Below are positions 8,476-18,761 of a stretch of DNA of 64,000 nt, in pieces. The position numbers and the translations under genes are program-made. The stretch comes from a bacterium (lineage in GTDB: Bacteria; UBA8248; JACPRG01; G963555815), in assembly GCA_965218795.1 (NCBI GenBank), contig OZ244653.1, positions 1,920,001 to 1,984,000 of the forward strand, given 5' to 3'. The notes beneath the pieces were generated by a model, which saw only the letters and a list, made by a program, of their open reading frames with translations, was not told the origin of the DNA and did not search any database. Each line of letters begins with the position of its first letter. The first letter of the stretch is position 1.

Positions 8476-9300
8476 CTAAAGGGGCGGAACGGTCGCCTTG
8501 ATAGAGACAGGCATATTTTGAAAGGTTTCTACAAATCCCGTTGTGTTTGTCACGATGGCCTCGAAAATTTTCTCCCCCTTCTCCACTGATGCAAGGGTAG
8601 CCGCTCCGCCAACTCCCGGCACACTTCGGTTCTGCCCGTATTCCTCCATTGTCGGAGGAAAAGAGAGCTTGGGATTTTCGACTCGATTGACGGCGTGGTC
8701 CACAGACACGAACCGGTGTTCGAAATCGCCCACCTCGGGAATTGCGTCCACCGCACGCTCCATCTTGACCTGCTCACCATACTTGTAAAGCATAAAAGAG
8801 GTCTCGGATTCACACCCGTGGCCTATTCCTCCCGGGGGACTCTCGCACACGGCACGAATCTCTCTCCCGGCGACAAGCGCCAGGTCCACGATGGCAACGG
8901 CCGCACCCGTCTGATTCCTGACCCGCACGACTGCAATCTCCAACGGGGGGAGATTCGCGACCCGATGTCCATTGAGGATCACGATATGTTTGAAACCATG
9001 AATGACAAGGCTGTTACATACGTCCTCGACAACACGCGTCAACGTCTCCGCGGCGAGCGATATCGTTCCCGGAAACGCGAGATGATGAGGCGACCACCCG
9101 AACCACAGGGGAGAGGCAATCAAGGCGTCCGCTCGCTCGGCCACCTCCTCGGCGGTCGCGATGGCCTCGGCCGCATCCGTTCCGATTGGGCAATGAGGCC
9201 CATGTTGCTCTGTGGCGCCGACGGGTACGAGCACCGTATCCCCATCCTCGAGGTATTCTTCTACGTCCGGCCAGGTCAGTTCCTGTATCCAACGACTCAT
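8476..9300 (-). CDS. Creatininase/mycofactocin peptidase family amidohydrolase
   Basis: PVGATEQHGPH.PIGTD, SPHH..FPGT, NGH..N, HGCESETS. Confidence 0.92.
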   Translation of the reverse strand: MSRWIQELTWPDVEEYLEDGDTVLVPVGATEQHGPHCPIGTDAAEAIATAEEVAERADALIASPLWFGWSPHHLAFPGTISLAAETLTRVVEDVCNSLVIHGFKHIVILNGHRVANLPPLEIAVVRVRNQTGAAVAIVDLALVAGREIRAVCESPPGGIGHGCESETSFMLYKYGEQVKMERAVDAIPEVGDFEHRFVSVDHAVNRVENPKLSFPPTMEEYGQNRSVPGVGGAATLASVEKGEKIFEAIVTNTTGFVETFQNMPVSIKATVPPL

Positions 9301-9336
9301 GAATTCTTTCTCCTCATTTGCCCGACGACCCGATGG

Positions 9337-9804
9337 CTACGATTTGGGCTCCACCCACCTCGGCCAACTTCGCCGGAGGGCCTCGCATTCGGCCACCTGA
9401 ATGCCCGTGATGAGCTTGATGGTTCGATTCGTTATGCCCAAGAGCTTCTCAACTGAATAGTCTCCATAGTCGGTTCGCCCCATTTCAGCATGGCGCGCCC
9501 CCAAAACGACCGTTCCAATGCCTGCCTCGATGATCGCCCAGCAGCACATCGGGCAGGGTTCCATCGCAGTATAGAGCGTCGCCCCGGACAGGTCGGGAGA
9601 ACCCAATGCTCGACATGCGTTTCGAATGGCGTCGGTCTCACCATGACAGGTGGGATCAGCGTCAGAGTTGACGCGGTTTTGTCCCCTGCCGATCACTGCT
9701 CCATTTCTGACGATGACTGAGCCGACGGGAACGTTCCCCGATTCGAGCGCAAGACGTGATTCCTCGATCGCCAACCCCATGAAATGATTATGCTCTTCTG
9801 ACAT
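9337..9804 (-). CDS. Zn-dependent nucleoside/nucleobase deaminase (TadA/GuaD-like)
   Basis: HGE...EPCPMC motif; PVGSVIV. Confidence 0.9.
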   Translation of the reverse strand: MSEEHNHFMGLAIEESRLALESGNVPVGSVIVRNGAVIGRGQNRVNSDADPTCHGETDAIRNACRALGSPDLSGATLYTAMEPCPMCCWAIIEAGIGTVVLGARHAEMGRTDYGDYSVEKLLGITNRTIKLITGIQVAECEALRRSWPRWVEPKS

Positions 9805-10043
9805 TGAAGTTCCTCCATGCCTGCGGCGCAATGAAAAAACGCGACGTCTGGGAGCGCGCGCCCGTGGAATGGCAATGGACGCTTACTTGATGCTCACTCG
9901 AATCAGGATACCTGCCCGGAAATTCAGGCGCCGTTCCCGACCTTTGTGCAAGTCCCATGAGACTTGGGGGTATTTTCCCATCGATCAGCCTTTGATGCTA
10001 ATGAGCGCCATTCAAATCATCTTGACTCTGAAAGATGTTTCGC

Positions 10044-10100
10044 TTGACATGAGCTGAAAGTAGCCTTAAAATAATTTTTAGTCATATCAAATAATATATT
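10044..10100 (+). promoter_or_regulatory. Sigma70 promoter of the DtxR operon with possible autoregulatory operator
   Basis: TTGACA (10044-49), 17-bp spacer, TAAAAT (10067-72), followed by AT-rich TTTTTAGTCATATCAAATAA resembling MntR/SloR boxes. Confidence 0.65.
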
Positions 10101-10107
10101 TTAGGAA

Positions 10108-10770
10108 ATGGAGCGTATGCTTTCGAAACAGTTGGAAAACTATTTGAAGACTATCTGGGCCCTGGAAAAAGAGCACGGCTCAGTGACCACGAAACTCCTG
10201 GCCCAATATCGGGAAGTCTCCCCAGCCTCTGTAACGAGCATGCTGAAGAAGCTGAATGGAATGAAGCTCATCGATTATCAGCCCTATCGGGGAGCCAAAT
10301 TGACCCCGCGGGGGGAAAAGGTCGCATTGGAGGTTCTACGGCATCACAGGATCATCGAGCTTTATCTCTCCGAGGTTGTGGGGCTCCCATTGGATCGCGT
10401 GCATGCTGAAGCGGAGGAACTGGAACACGCGCTCTCCGAGGAGTTGGAAGCGGTTCTCTTTGAAAGGCTGGGTCAACCAACACGCGACCCCCATGGGGAT
10501 CCGATTCCCTCCCTGAATGGTGAAATGGTCACTGATGGGATCCGGCTGCTGGAGGCAAATGCGGGGGAATCTCTGGTTGTGGTCCGGATTAGAGACCGAA
10601 ATCCCCAGATTCTCAAATATCTCACAACGTTGGGGCTCCGCCCCGGCGTAGAAATTACAATCCTGGAAAAGCTCCCATTCAACGGCCCCGTCCGGATACT
10701 GATCGCAGACGTGGAGCGCACGCTTGGACAGGAGGTGTCCAAGGAGGTCTTTGTCTCGTCCTTTGAATGA
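10108..10770 (+). CDS. DtxR/MntR/IdeR metal-dependent repressor with FeoA domain
   Basis: ENYLKTI, VSPASVTSM, LRHHRIIE, EAEELEH, DPHGDPIP, FeoA-like C-terminus. Confidence 0.95.
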   Translation: MERMLSKQLENYLKTIWALEKEHGSVTTKLLAQYREVSPASVTSMLKKLNGMKLIDYQPYRGAKLTPRGEKVALEVLRHHRIIELYLSEVVGLPLDRVHAEAEELEHALSEELEAVLFERLGQPTRDPHGDPIPSLNGEMVTDGIRLLEANAGESLVVVRIRDRNPQILKYLTTLGLRPGVEITILEKLPFNGPVRILIADVERTLGQEVSKEVFVSSFE

Positions 10771-10871
10771 TAAATGCGCTGAAGCCGGAGAGACAAGAAT
10801 TCACAGATATCCACCATCCCGATGTCTGGTGGGCTGAACCGCTGATGTCGCATAGGGAGCACAGGTGAAGC

Positions 10872-12833
10872 ATGAAGGCGCGAGGAAACCAGAACCCCAG
10901 ATTCAGGCGATTCCGGATAGGGGCGCTTGCCGCTGGTCTTGGTCTTCTCCTGGCGGGAGTGACCCTCCCCGGGATGAAACCCGCACGCGGCCATGTCGTC
11001 CCTCCAGAAAAACTCCACCCGGCGGCCGAGAGTTACCGTCGCGCCGCGTTTTTGATGAATCTGAATCCCGTCGTTTGGGGCCAAGTATGGGGCGACATGC
11101 AAATCATCACCAAATCCATCGAGCGGGTCGACCCCGAAGCTGGGAAGAAGTTTCGCGAGGAGATCCAGGCCGCCCGCAAAATCGCAGAGCCTGCCCCGCA
11201 GGACGGAGAGGACCCTGATTGGGTCTCCGCACGCGAAAACGGACGGCGCGCCGTTTTCACGTCAACGACCCGAAGCGTGTCCGGCCTGATTGTTCGTCTC
11301 ATTGAACGAATTACGCCGGGATCCGGACGCCGAACCGTCGAGGGCAATTTGCGTGAAGCACGAAAAGTGGCCCGGGCTTTTGCCGACACCCTTCCTTACC
11401 TCGACCCGCAGGCATGGCGGGAAATGCAGGTGAGCTGGCTGGAAGCCAGCACGAGACTGGGGACGCCCGGCGTCCTCAAGGTCGGGGCCCGCGCGATGGA
11501 CGTCGAGGGCATCCGCGCCGCCTTATCCCCAATTGTGGAATACATGACCCGGAATTTTTCAAATTTCACCGCCGGCCCGGAGCGGCGGCTGGCGCCAAGA
11601 CCGCTGGCCAGCCCCTCCTACGATAAGCAGGCTAAAATCCCCGTGCGGCTTCCCCCCGGGGCCAACATCAACAAGCAGCTCCCCCGCCCCCGGCAGATTC
11701 TGGGGATGGCCGAACGGGGGGTGGACGAGAGAGAAACCACGATGATCGCGCTGGGCGACATGGCATTTGACAGCCCTCGGATCCTCGGGGAACCCGCCAA
11801 GAGCTTGGGGATCAGTTGCAATACCTGTCACAACAAGGGCGTCACCAATCCGCGGTTCTTCATTCCGGGCATTTCCAGCCGAGCCGGAGGCGTGGACGTC
11901 TCGAATTCGTTTTTTGCCGGACACGCCAACAACGGCGTATTCGATCCCGTAGACATCCCGGACCTGCGCGGCATCCGTTTCACGGCGCCCTTTACCCGGA
12001 ACGGCCGATTCCCGACCCTGCGGGAGTTCACGCGAAACGCCATCGTCAACGAGTTCAACGGCCCAGAACCGGATCCCATGATCCTGGACGCAATGATCGC
12101 GTACATGAACGAGTTTGAGTTCCTCCCCAATCCTCTGTTGAACAAGGACGGAACGCTCAACGGGAAAAGGGCCTCGCCCGCCGCTCTGTGGGGGGAAAAA
12201 ATCTTCCGCCGACCCTTTCCGCAGATGATGGGGGGAAAGAGCTGCGCCAGTTGCCATATTCCGTCCGCCCTTTTCATTGACCACAAACAGCACAACATCG
12301 GAAGCGTAAAAGGCGGATACCATAAGCACTCGCACGACGGCGCCTTGGATACGCCGACGCTGCTCTCCGCGAAATTCACAGCGCCCTATTTCCATGACGG
12401 GAGCCTGCCGACGCTCCGCGCCGTGAACGAGTGGTTCAACCGAAAATTCCGACTCGACCTGTCTCGGAAGGAATTGGCCGACCTGACGGCCTATGTGGAA
12501 GCCGTTTCCGACGGCGTGGAGGCACGAGAGGATTCGGTATTCACGCTGAAGCCTGAAATGGAAGAGTTTCAATTCTTCCTTTCGACCTATGATTTTCTGA
12601 AACAGAGGAAGAAGAAAGAACTGATCACCATTCTGCTGCGCACCGTGGCGGACGAGGTCCAGGCGCACAAATGGGACGTTCAGCAAAAGGAGATGCTGCC
12701 GACTTTGAACCGGATGGAAGGTCTCCTTCGCGAGGCCCTGGCGGCGCATCAAGCCGGGAAGATCGATGAAACCGAAGCCAAGCTGGCGGCATATCATGGA
12801 ATGTATGAGGAAAACGTCGAACAACTCAAATAA
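10872..12833 (+). CDS. Exported diheme cytochrome c peroxidase/MauG-superfamily protein with long N-terminal extension
   Basis: Signal peptide; CNTCH and CASCH; IPDLRGIRFTAPF..NG and TPTLL...TAPYFHDGS. Confidence 0.85.
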   Translation: MKARGNQNPRFRRFRIGALAAGLGLLLAGVTLPGMKPARGHVVPPEKLHPAAESYRRAAFLMNLNPVVWGQVWGDMQIITKSIERVDPEAGKKFREEIQAARKIAEPAPQDGEDPDWVSARENGRRAVFTSTTRSVSGLIVRLIERITPGSGRRTVEGNLREARKVARAFADTLPYLDPQAWREMQVSWLEASTRLGTPGVLKVGARAMDVEGIRAALSPIVEYMTRNFSNFTAGPERRLAPRPLASPSYDKQAKIPVRLPPGANINKQLPRPRQILGMAERGVDERETTMIALGDMAFDSPRILGEPAKSLGISCNTCHNKGVTNPRFFIPGISSRAGGVDVSNSFFAGHANNGVFDPVDIPDLRGIRFTAPFTRNGRFPTLREFTRNAIVNEFNGPEPDPMILDAMIAYMNEFEFLPNPLLNKDGTLNGKRASPAALWGEKIFRRPFPQMMGGKSCASCHIPSALFIDHKQHNIGSVKGGYHKHSHDGALDTPTLLSAKFTAPYFHDGSLPTLRAVNEWFNRKFRLDLSRKELADLTAYVEAVSDGVEAREDSVFTLKPEMEEFQFFLSTYDFLKQRKKKELITILLRTVADEVQAHKWDVQQKEMLPTLNRMEGLLREALAAHQAGKIDETEAKLAAYHGMYEENVEQLK

Positions 12834-12929
12834 CGGAGCCACCCGACCGACAACGGGGAGGCGACCGCTCCAGCGGATGAGGGCGTGTCAGTGGCCCGGA
12901 TGATGGAACGGCCGGTCAGGAGAATCAAG

Positions 12930-13847
12930 ATGGTTCAATTGGCAGGAGGCACCGCGCGTCGGAGAAGATGGGTGGCGATGGGCCTATCCGCCCTGTTCCT
13001 GTTCGCAATGGCGATGGCGGGACCCCCGGCGGAAGGCGCCGAGAAAGGAAAGCCGCCTCTTCGAATCGCCTTCATACCCTTTGAAAATCCGGAGCAGTTG
13101 ATCGACAACGTCCGGCCGGCCATTGTGTTCCTCGAAAAAGAGATGGGCCAAAAGATCAAGCACTTCATCACGATGAATTACTCAGCGGCCGTCGAGGCCC
13201 TCACCGCAGGGCGGGCGGACATCAGCTTCATGTCGCCATTGCCCTACGTGCTTGCCCACAACCAAACCGGCGCGAAGGCCATCCTGGGGGAGATCTACAA
13301 CGGAAAGTCCTATTACCACTCCAAGATCTTCGTCAGAAAAGACAGCGGTATTAAGAGGTTGGCCGATCTCAAGGGGAAAACCATTGCCTATGTGGACCCG
13401 CTCTCCAGTTCCGGCTTCATGTATCCTCACGACGCATTCGTGCGGGCGGGTCTCGTCAAAGGCGGTCTGGACCGGCCGGAGGGCGGCTTCTTCCGGCGCG
13501 TCTACTACGCCGGGGGCGATGAGCAGGCCATCCGTTCGGTTCATGGTCGGTTTGTCGATGCCGGGGGAATCGGGGAGTTTGCGCTGAACCTTCTCCGGCA
13601 GGATGAGCGCGACGACATCAAAGCGATCGGGCAATCCATCCGGATTCCCAGTCACGTCGTGGTCGCCCGAAAGGGCTTGAACCCCGTCCTCAAGAAAACA
13701 TTCATCGATGCCATGGTGAAGCTCAACGACCCCAAGCATCGACAAATCGTTCAGTCCCTGTACGGAACGGACGGATACGTCTGCGTAAGCCATGAAGACT
13801 ATCGGTCGGTGGAAAAGCTGGCGCGCAAATACGGGTTTCTGAAATGA
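12930..13847 (+). CDS. PhnD/PtxB-like ABC substrate-binding protein
   Basis: NYSAAVEAL, YHSKIFVRKDSGI, DPLSSSGFMYP, IPSHVVVAR. Confidence 0.88.
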   Translation: MVQLAGGTARRRRWVAMGLSALFLFAMAMAGPPAEGAEKGKPPLRIAFIPFENPEQLIDNVRPAIVFLEKEMGQKIKHFITMNYSAAVEALTAGRADISFMSPLPYVLAHNQTGAKAILGEIYNGKSYYHSKIFVRKDSGIKRLADLKGKTIAYVDPLSSSGFMYPHDAFVRAGLVKGGLDRPEGGFFRRVYYAGGDEQAIRSVHGRFVDAGGIGEFALNLLRQDERDDIKAIGQSIRIPSHVVVARKGLNPVLKKTFIDAMVKLNDPKHRQIVQSLYGTDGYVCVSHEDYRSVEKLARKYGFLK

Positions 13848-14692
13848 CCCCCTCCGAAGCCATCATTCACATCCGGGATTTGACGGTCGAGGCGGGAGGC
13901 CGGCGCGTCCTGTCCATTGACCGGCTCGAACTCGTCAGCGGCGAACGGGTGGCCATCATCGGGAACAGCGGAGCCGGGAAGACCACCCTGCTCCGCATGA
14001 TTAAGGGATACGTCCAGCCGACCCGCGGGAGCGTTCACGTGTTGGGAGAGTCGCTTCCCATCCGTGACGGAGCAAAACGGCGCTCCTATCATCGGCAGAT
14101 CGGCATGATCCACCAGCAGTTCGACCTGATTGGCCGTGAATCCGTATGGCAAAACGTTTGCCACGGCAGACTCGGGTACGTCTCACTTCTCCGCAGCATC
14201 TTCGGCCTCTTAGAGCGCGCCGATCGGGAACGCTGCAGAGCGGCCATCGAAGAAGTTCACCTCGATGACAAGCTGGATCGCCAGGCGCGCTCCCTCTCCG
14301 GCGGGGAGATGCAGCGCGTGGCCATCGCTCGCGCGTTGGCTCAGAACCCGACTATCCTTCTTGCGGATGAGCCGGTATCGAGCCTCGATCCAACGCTGGC
14401 GGAGGAGATTCTTTCCCTCCTCGTGACGATTGACGCGAGACACCCCCTGACCCTTCTGATGAGCCTCCATCATCCGGGGCTGGCGAATCGGTACGCCGAA
14501 CGGATTCTAGCCCTTAAAGATGGGATCATTATCTGGGACGGCCCCTCAACCGAATTGTCTGAATCAAAGGTCAATGAGATATATGGAAGAGATTGGACCC
14601 GCGGAGCCCGAAATGGTCAACCGGAAGAAGAGGAGCGGAAGTTCCCCGATTGGTCAGGCGGTTCTCAGGGGTTTGCCGTGGCTGGCAGCTAG
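13844..14692 (+). CDS. PhnC-like ABC ATPase
   Basis: GNSGAGKTT, NVCHGRLG, LSGGEMQRVAIARAL, ADEPVSSLDP. Confidence 0.9.
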   Translation: MTPSEAIIHIRDLTVEAGGRRVLSIDRLELVSGERVAIIGNSGAGKTTLLRMIKGYVQPTRGSVHVLGESLPIRDGAKRRSYHRQIGMIHQQFDLIGRESVWQNVCHGRLGYVSLLRSIFGLLERADRERCRAAIEEVHLDDKLDRQARSLSGGEMQRVAIARALAQNPTILLADEPVSSLDPTLAEEILSLLVTIDARHPLTLLMSLHHPGLANRYAERILALKDGIIIWDGPSTELSESKVNEIYGRDWTRGARNGQPEEEERKFPDWSGGSQGFAVAGS

Positions 14693-15404
14693 CGGGATCA
14701 TTGTCTGGTCCCTCTATGGATCAGAATTTTCCGGAAGTCTTTTCTGGAAGGGCATCCCGCAGATCCTTCGATTTTTCGGCCGGATGCTCCCGCCGAACTG
14801 GTCGGTGTGGGACGTCCTGCTCCGCGCGTCGGTCGAAACACTCCAGACGACCATCGCGGGAACCTTCCTGGGGGTCGCCTTCGCCTATCCGCTGGGTCTG
14901 CTGGCCGCCTCCAACTGGACGCCTGGTTGGGTTTATCTCCCCCTCAAGGGTTTCCTAGCGTTTATCCGGTCCATTCCCCTTCTGCTATTGGCGCTGCTGT
15001 TCGTATCGGCGGTCGGACTGGGACCTTTTCCCGGGATGCTGGCGCTCGCAGTCCATTCGGTGGGGGTGCTGGCGCGGTTCGTGGCCGAGGAGATCGAAGC
15101 CACCAATCCGAAACCAATACTGGCTCTTCAAGGCACCGGAGCGTCCCCGCTGCAGATCATTCAGCACGGCCTGATCCCGCAGGTCCTCCCGCAGATGGTC
15201 GCACATCTGGCCATTCGGTTCGAGATGAACCTGCGGGACTCGACCATTCTGGGTCTGGTAGGTGCAGGGGGACTGGGCTTTTATGTCTTTCTGTACGTCA
15301 AACAGTTCCAGTGGCAGAAGGCGGGTGTCCTCTGTCTGGCCATCATTATTCTGGTCATCGCAGGCGAATTCGTCAGCTGGCAGGTTAGAAAAAGACTCAT
15401 CTAA
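14613..15404 (+). CDS. PhnE-like ABC permease
   Basis: RSIP..LALLFV.AVGLGPFPG.LALA.H, RFEMNLRDSTILGLVGAGGLG. Confidence 0.9.
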   Translation: MVNRKKRSGSSPIGQAVLRGLPWLAASGIIVWSLYGSEFSGSLFWKGIPQILRFFGRMLPPNWSVWDVLLRASVETLQTTIAGTFLGVAFAYPLGLLAASNWTPGWVYLPLKGFLAFIRSIPLLLLALLFVSAVGLGPFPGMLALAVHSVGVLARFVAEEIEATNPKPILALQGTGASPLQIIQHGLIPQVLPQMVAHLAIRFEMNLRDSTILGLVGAGGLGFYVFLYVKQFQWQKAGVLCLAIIILVIAGEFVSWQVRKRLI

Positions 15405-15433
15405 CGATATGAGAGGGGGCCCCTGGACTCCGG

Positions 15434-16231
15434 CTACATGTGGAGACCGCCGTTCACACCCAGAACGATCCCCGTTATGTAATCGGAATCGGGCGAACAT
15501 AAGAAATACACGGCTTGGGCCACATCTTCAGGCTCGCCCTGACGGCCCAGGGGGATGCCTCGCAGGACCTTTTCAATGATCTCGGGCGGGAGGCCCGCGG
15601 CATCCCCCCCCTTTTTCTCCGCGGTCATGCGGGTCTTGATAAATCCGGGCGCAACACAATTGACGTTGATTCGGAATCGGGCCCATTCCCGGGCCACTGT
15701 TTTCGTGAGGGATATGATTCCGCCTTTTGCGGACGAGTAATTGGCCTGTCCCGGATTTCCCGTCTCTGCGACGACGGAAGTGAGGCTGACGATTTTTCGG
15801 TGGTGTGTCTCTCCCGCCTCCAGCTCCCGCTTCGCAACGTCCCGCATCCACGGAGAGGATGAGCGAATCATATGAAAACTGCCCGTGAGATGTACGTCGA
15901 GAACCGACTGCCAGGTGGGATCGTCCATTTTATGGATGAGGGCGTCTCTCAGGTTCCCCGCATTGTTAATCAGAATATCCAGGCCACCGTAGGTCTCGGC
16001 CGCGGTCCGGACAATACTCCCCGCCCCCACCGGATTCGAAACGTCGCCCGCGCAAGCCAATGCCTCCCCCCCGGTACGGCGGATTTCTTCTGCGACCTCC
16101 TCGGCGGGATCCGGATCCAAATCGTTCACGATCACAGCCGCTCCGCCCTCGGCAAGGCGCAAAGCGATGGCACGACCGATGCCCCGTCCCGCGCCCGTCA
16201 CGAGGGCGCGCCGGTGTTCGAGATCACTCAT
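15434..16231 (-). CDS. SDR oxidoreductase (FabG-like)
   Basis: TGAGRGIG, NNAG, YSSAK, GN.GQANY. Confidence 0.92.
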   Translation of the reverse strand: MSDLEHRRALVTGAGRGIGRAIALRLAEGGAAVIVNDLDPDPAEEVAEEIRRTGGEALACAGDVSNPVGAGSIVRTAAETYGGLDILINNAGNLRDALIHKMDDPTWQSVLDVHLTGSFHMIRSSSPWMRDVAKRELEAGETHHRKIVSLTSVVAETGNPGQANYSSAKGGIISLTKTVAREWARFRINVNCVAPGFIKTRMTAEKKGGDAAGLPPEIIEKVLRGIPLGRQGEPEDVAQAVYFLCSPDSDYITGIVLGVNGGLHM

Positions 16232-16426
16232 GAGTATTCCCCTCTAACGAATCAACCTCCCAGTATCGGGAAAGCCTGTCTTCCCGACGCTGCGTTCCCG
16301 GGAGGATTTCCATCGGCCCGTCATCTTCTTTCATCCTGATTCCTATACCGGCCTCAAGTCAATGCCACAATTTCACCTGACGCGACCGAGTCGTCCTCCC
16401 AGAGATTAGGCAGGTTGGAGACGAGG

Positions 16427-17040
16427 GTGAAAGCATCAGATCACGCCACAGAGAGAAATCATCTTTGAAAAGATCCTTCCAAGGGATAATCATCGGTGCA
16501 GGAATCGGTTGTGTGACCGGTGTGATGGAGACGTACCTGATTCTCTTGGTGGCCCTGCCTTCGTGCGCAGACCTACACACACGACATGGAGCGTTCTTCA
16601 CATCATCCTGACGGCCATGATCCTGAACGCTGCCGGATGTTCGTGAGGGTCAAACCTCATACGGACAGAATCCAGCTGAGCCTCTATGCCGTCGTTTTCG
16701 CCCGGATCCTGCTGTCTGGATACGTGTTTCTCCTTTTCATCACGGTGAATTCCGGGATTGTCCGACTCATTGGCGAACCTCTCCTTTTTACTGGTTGCAA
16801 TCGTTCTCATATGGTTCTTCCTGAGGCAATCTCCTTCCGCCGGGGGAAATGCTCCATCATTGAGCCCAGGTCTGGGAGCGGCAATCGTGGCCGCGGCATT
16901 CACGGGAACGCTGAGTCTGGCGGACGTTCACGCCGCGCTATCGCAATCAGGTCTTCCATCCAGCCGACCCCTCCGTTTTCCGAGCACCCCACATTATTCT
17001 GATCCTGGTCGATACCCTCCGCGCAACTGCGTAGCATGAT
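16427..17040 (+). pseudogene. Probable frameshifted membrane-protein remnant
   Basis: Successive hydrophobic segments in different frames (GIIIGAGIGCVTGVMETYLILLVA; LSLYAVVFARILLSGYVFLLFI; LSFLLVAIVLIWFFL). Confidence 0.35.
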
Positions 17041-17175
17041 TGCTCAATATGATTGAATTTTCCGAGCGGTCCGAATCGGTTTAGAATGACTTGACGAGAC
17101 CAGCGGTGATCCTTGATCTACACATTTGGCCCTCTCACCGAATACCTTCCCCTGCCCGAGAACAGGAGATCAAGC

Positions 17176-18624
17176 ATGGCTTATCGCGACATCCGTGAAC
17201 ATTTGGCTGCGCTGGAATCCAAGGGGAAATTGAGGCGCATCCAGAAATACGTCGATCACACCTGGGAGCTGGCGTGCCTGGCGCGTTGGATGTTTCAGGC
17301 ATTGCCCGATGAGGAGAGATTCGGGCTCCTCTTCGAGCGGGTTCAGGGATTCAATACGCCCGTCATGACAGGCGTATTGGGAGCCTCCCGCTCGACCTAT
17401 GCGACCGCGCTCGAAGTCGAGCCGGACGAGGTCAACGAGAAATGGGTCGAGGCGCTTCGCCATCCGATGACTCCCGTGGAAGTCGAATCCGCTCCCTGTC
17501 AAGAGGTTGTTCTTGAGGGGGATGCCGTCGACCTGAGCGCCTTTCCCATCCCCATCTGGACTCCCGGAAAAGACGTCGCGCCTTACGTGACGACCATCGT
17601 CATCAGCCGGGATGACGATACAGGCGTCCAAAACGCAGCGACCTACCGAACGATGGTCAAGAACACGCAAGAGATGGTCATCAATCTCACTCCCGGGCGT
17701 CACGGGACGCTCTGCTACGAGTCCTACGTCAACAAGGGCAAGCCGGCGCCGTTCGCTTGGGTCATCGGCGCGGAACCCGCGGCCCATTTGGCTGCCGTGT
17801 GCAACGTCCCATACGGGAGGGACGAGCTCTCCATTGCCGGAGGGTTGAAGGGGTCGCCGCTGGAAGTCGTCAAGGCGAGAACATCGGAACTCCTGGTTCC
17901 CGCGAACGCCGAAATGATCATCGAAGGGGAATTGCGGCCGCAGGAAACGTCTGAAGAAGGGACGTTCGGAGAGTTTGCCGGGTATATGGGCCCAGTCGCC
18001 CAGAAACCGATGGTTCACGTCAAGGCCATCACCCACCGCAAAGACCCGATGTATTACGGTTACATCAGCCAGCTTCCCCCGAGCGAGAGCACCGTCATCC
18101 AGAGCATGAGCAATGCGGGCCTTCTGGTGAAAATGCTTCGTCACGATCTGGGTCACAACACGGTCAAGGACGCTTACATCGACCTGACCTACGGCGGCCT
18201 CCTGTCGCACGGCATCATCTCGATGCGGCCGCTCTATCCGGCCCACGCCAAGCGGGTCGGGCGTCTCATCGCCGAGGCCACCTTGCTGAAGCGGATCACC
18301 GTTGTCGATGAGGACATCGATATCCGGGACCCGATGCACCTGGATTGGGCCATGAACTCCCGATTCAACGCCCAGCGGGATACCATCATCATCGACGACG
18401 TATATACGCCCGCCGTGCTGGATCCGACCGTCCGCATCCGGGACGGAGAGCCCGAGATGAGCAGCAAGCTGATCCTCGATGCCACCGAAAAAGAGGACGC
18501 CGGAGACATCTCTCTCCCGCACAAAGACATAATGATGAAGGCTCTCGACGTGTGGAATGAAATCGGGCTTCCCGAATTCAAGATCCCCAAACGCGTCCAG
18601 GCGTTCCTGGACCGCTATCCATAG
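17176..18624 (+). CDS. UbiD-family prFMN-dependent (de)carboxylase (paralog 1)
   Basis: YRDIREHL, QNAATYR, VPANAEMIIEG, EGTFGEF, VVDEDIDI, KLILDAT. Confidence 0.93.
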   Translation: MAYRDIREHLAALESKGKLRRIQKYVDHTWELACLARWMFQALPDEERFGLLFERVQGFNTPVMTGVLGASRSTYATALEVEPDEVNEKWVEALRHPMTPVEVESAPCQEVVLEGDAVDLSAFPIPIWTPGKDVAPYVTTIVISRDDDTGVQNAATYRTMVKNTQEMVINLTPGRHGTLCYESYVNKGKPAPFAWVIGAEPAAHLAAVCNVPYGRDELSIAGGLKGSPLEVVKARTSELLVPANAEMIIEGELRPQETSEEGTFGEFAGYMGPVAQKPMVHVKAITHRKDPMYYGYISQLPPSESTVIQSMSNAGLLVKMLRHDLGHNTVKDAYIDLTYGGLLSHGIISMRPLYPAHAKRVGRLIAEATLLKRITVVDEDIDIRDPMHLDWAMNSRFNAQRDTIIIDDVYTPAVLDPTVRIRDGEPEMSSKLILDATEKEDAGDISLPHKDIMMKALDVWNEIGLPEFKIPKRVQAFLDRYP

Positions 18625-18761
18625 AGAACCAGGCCGAGAAGACCATAGACGCACAGCGGGCATGAGATCCCTCATGCCCGCTTCTTCATTGAATTTCTGG
18701 AATAGCGCTGTCCAATCGGGATTCCAGTGGATAGCGATTCCGAGATCGAAAGGGAGAGCCT

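Noticed and set aside
12930-15404. Assigning phnCDE/ptxABC symbols and a phosphonate-utilisation function
   Set aside because: No C-P lyase or ptxD nearby and the context is a metal regulator, so the substrate is unsupported
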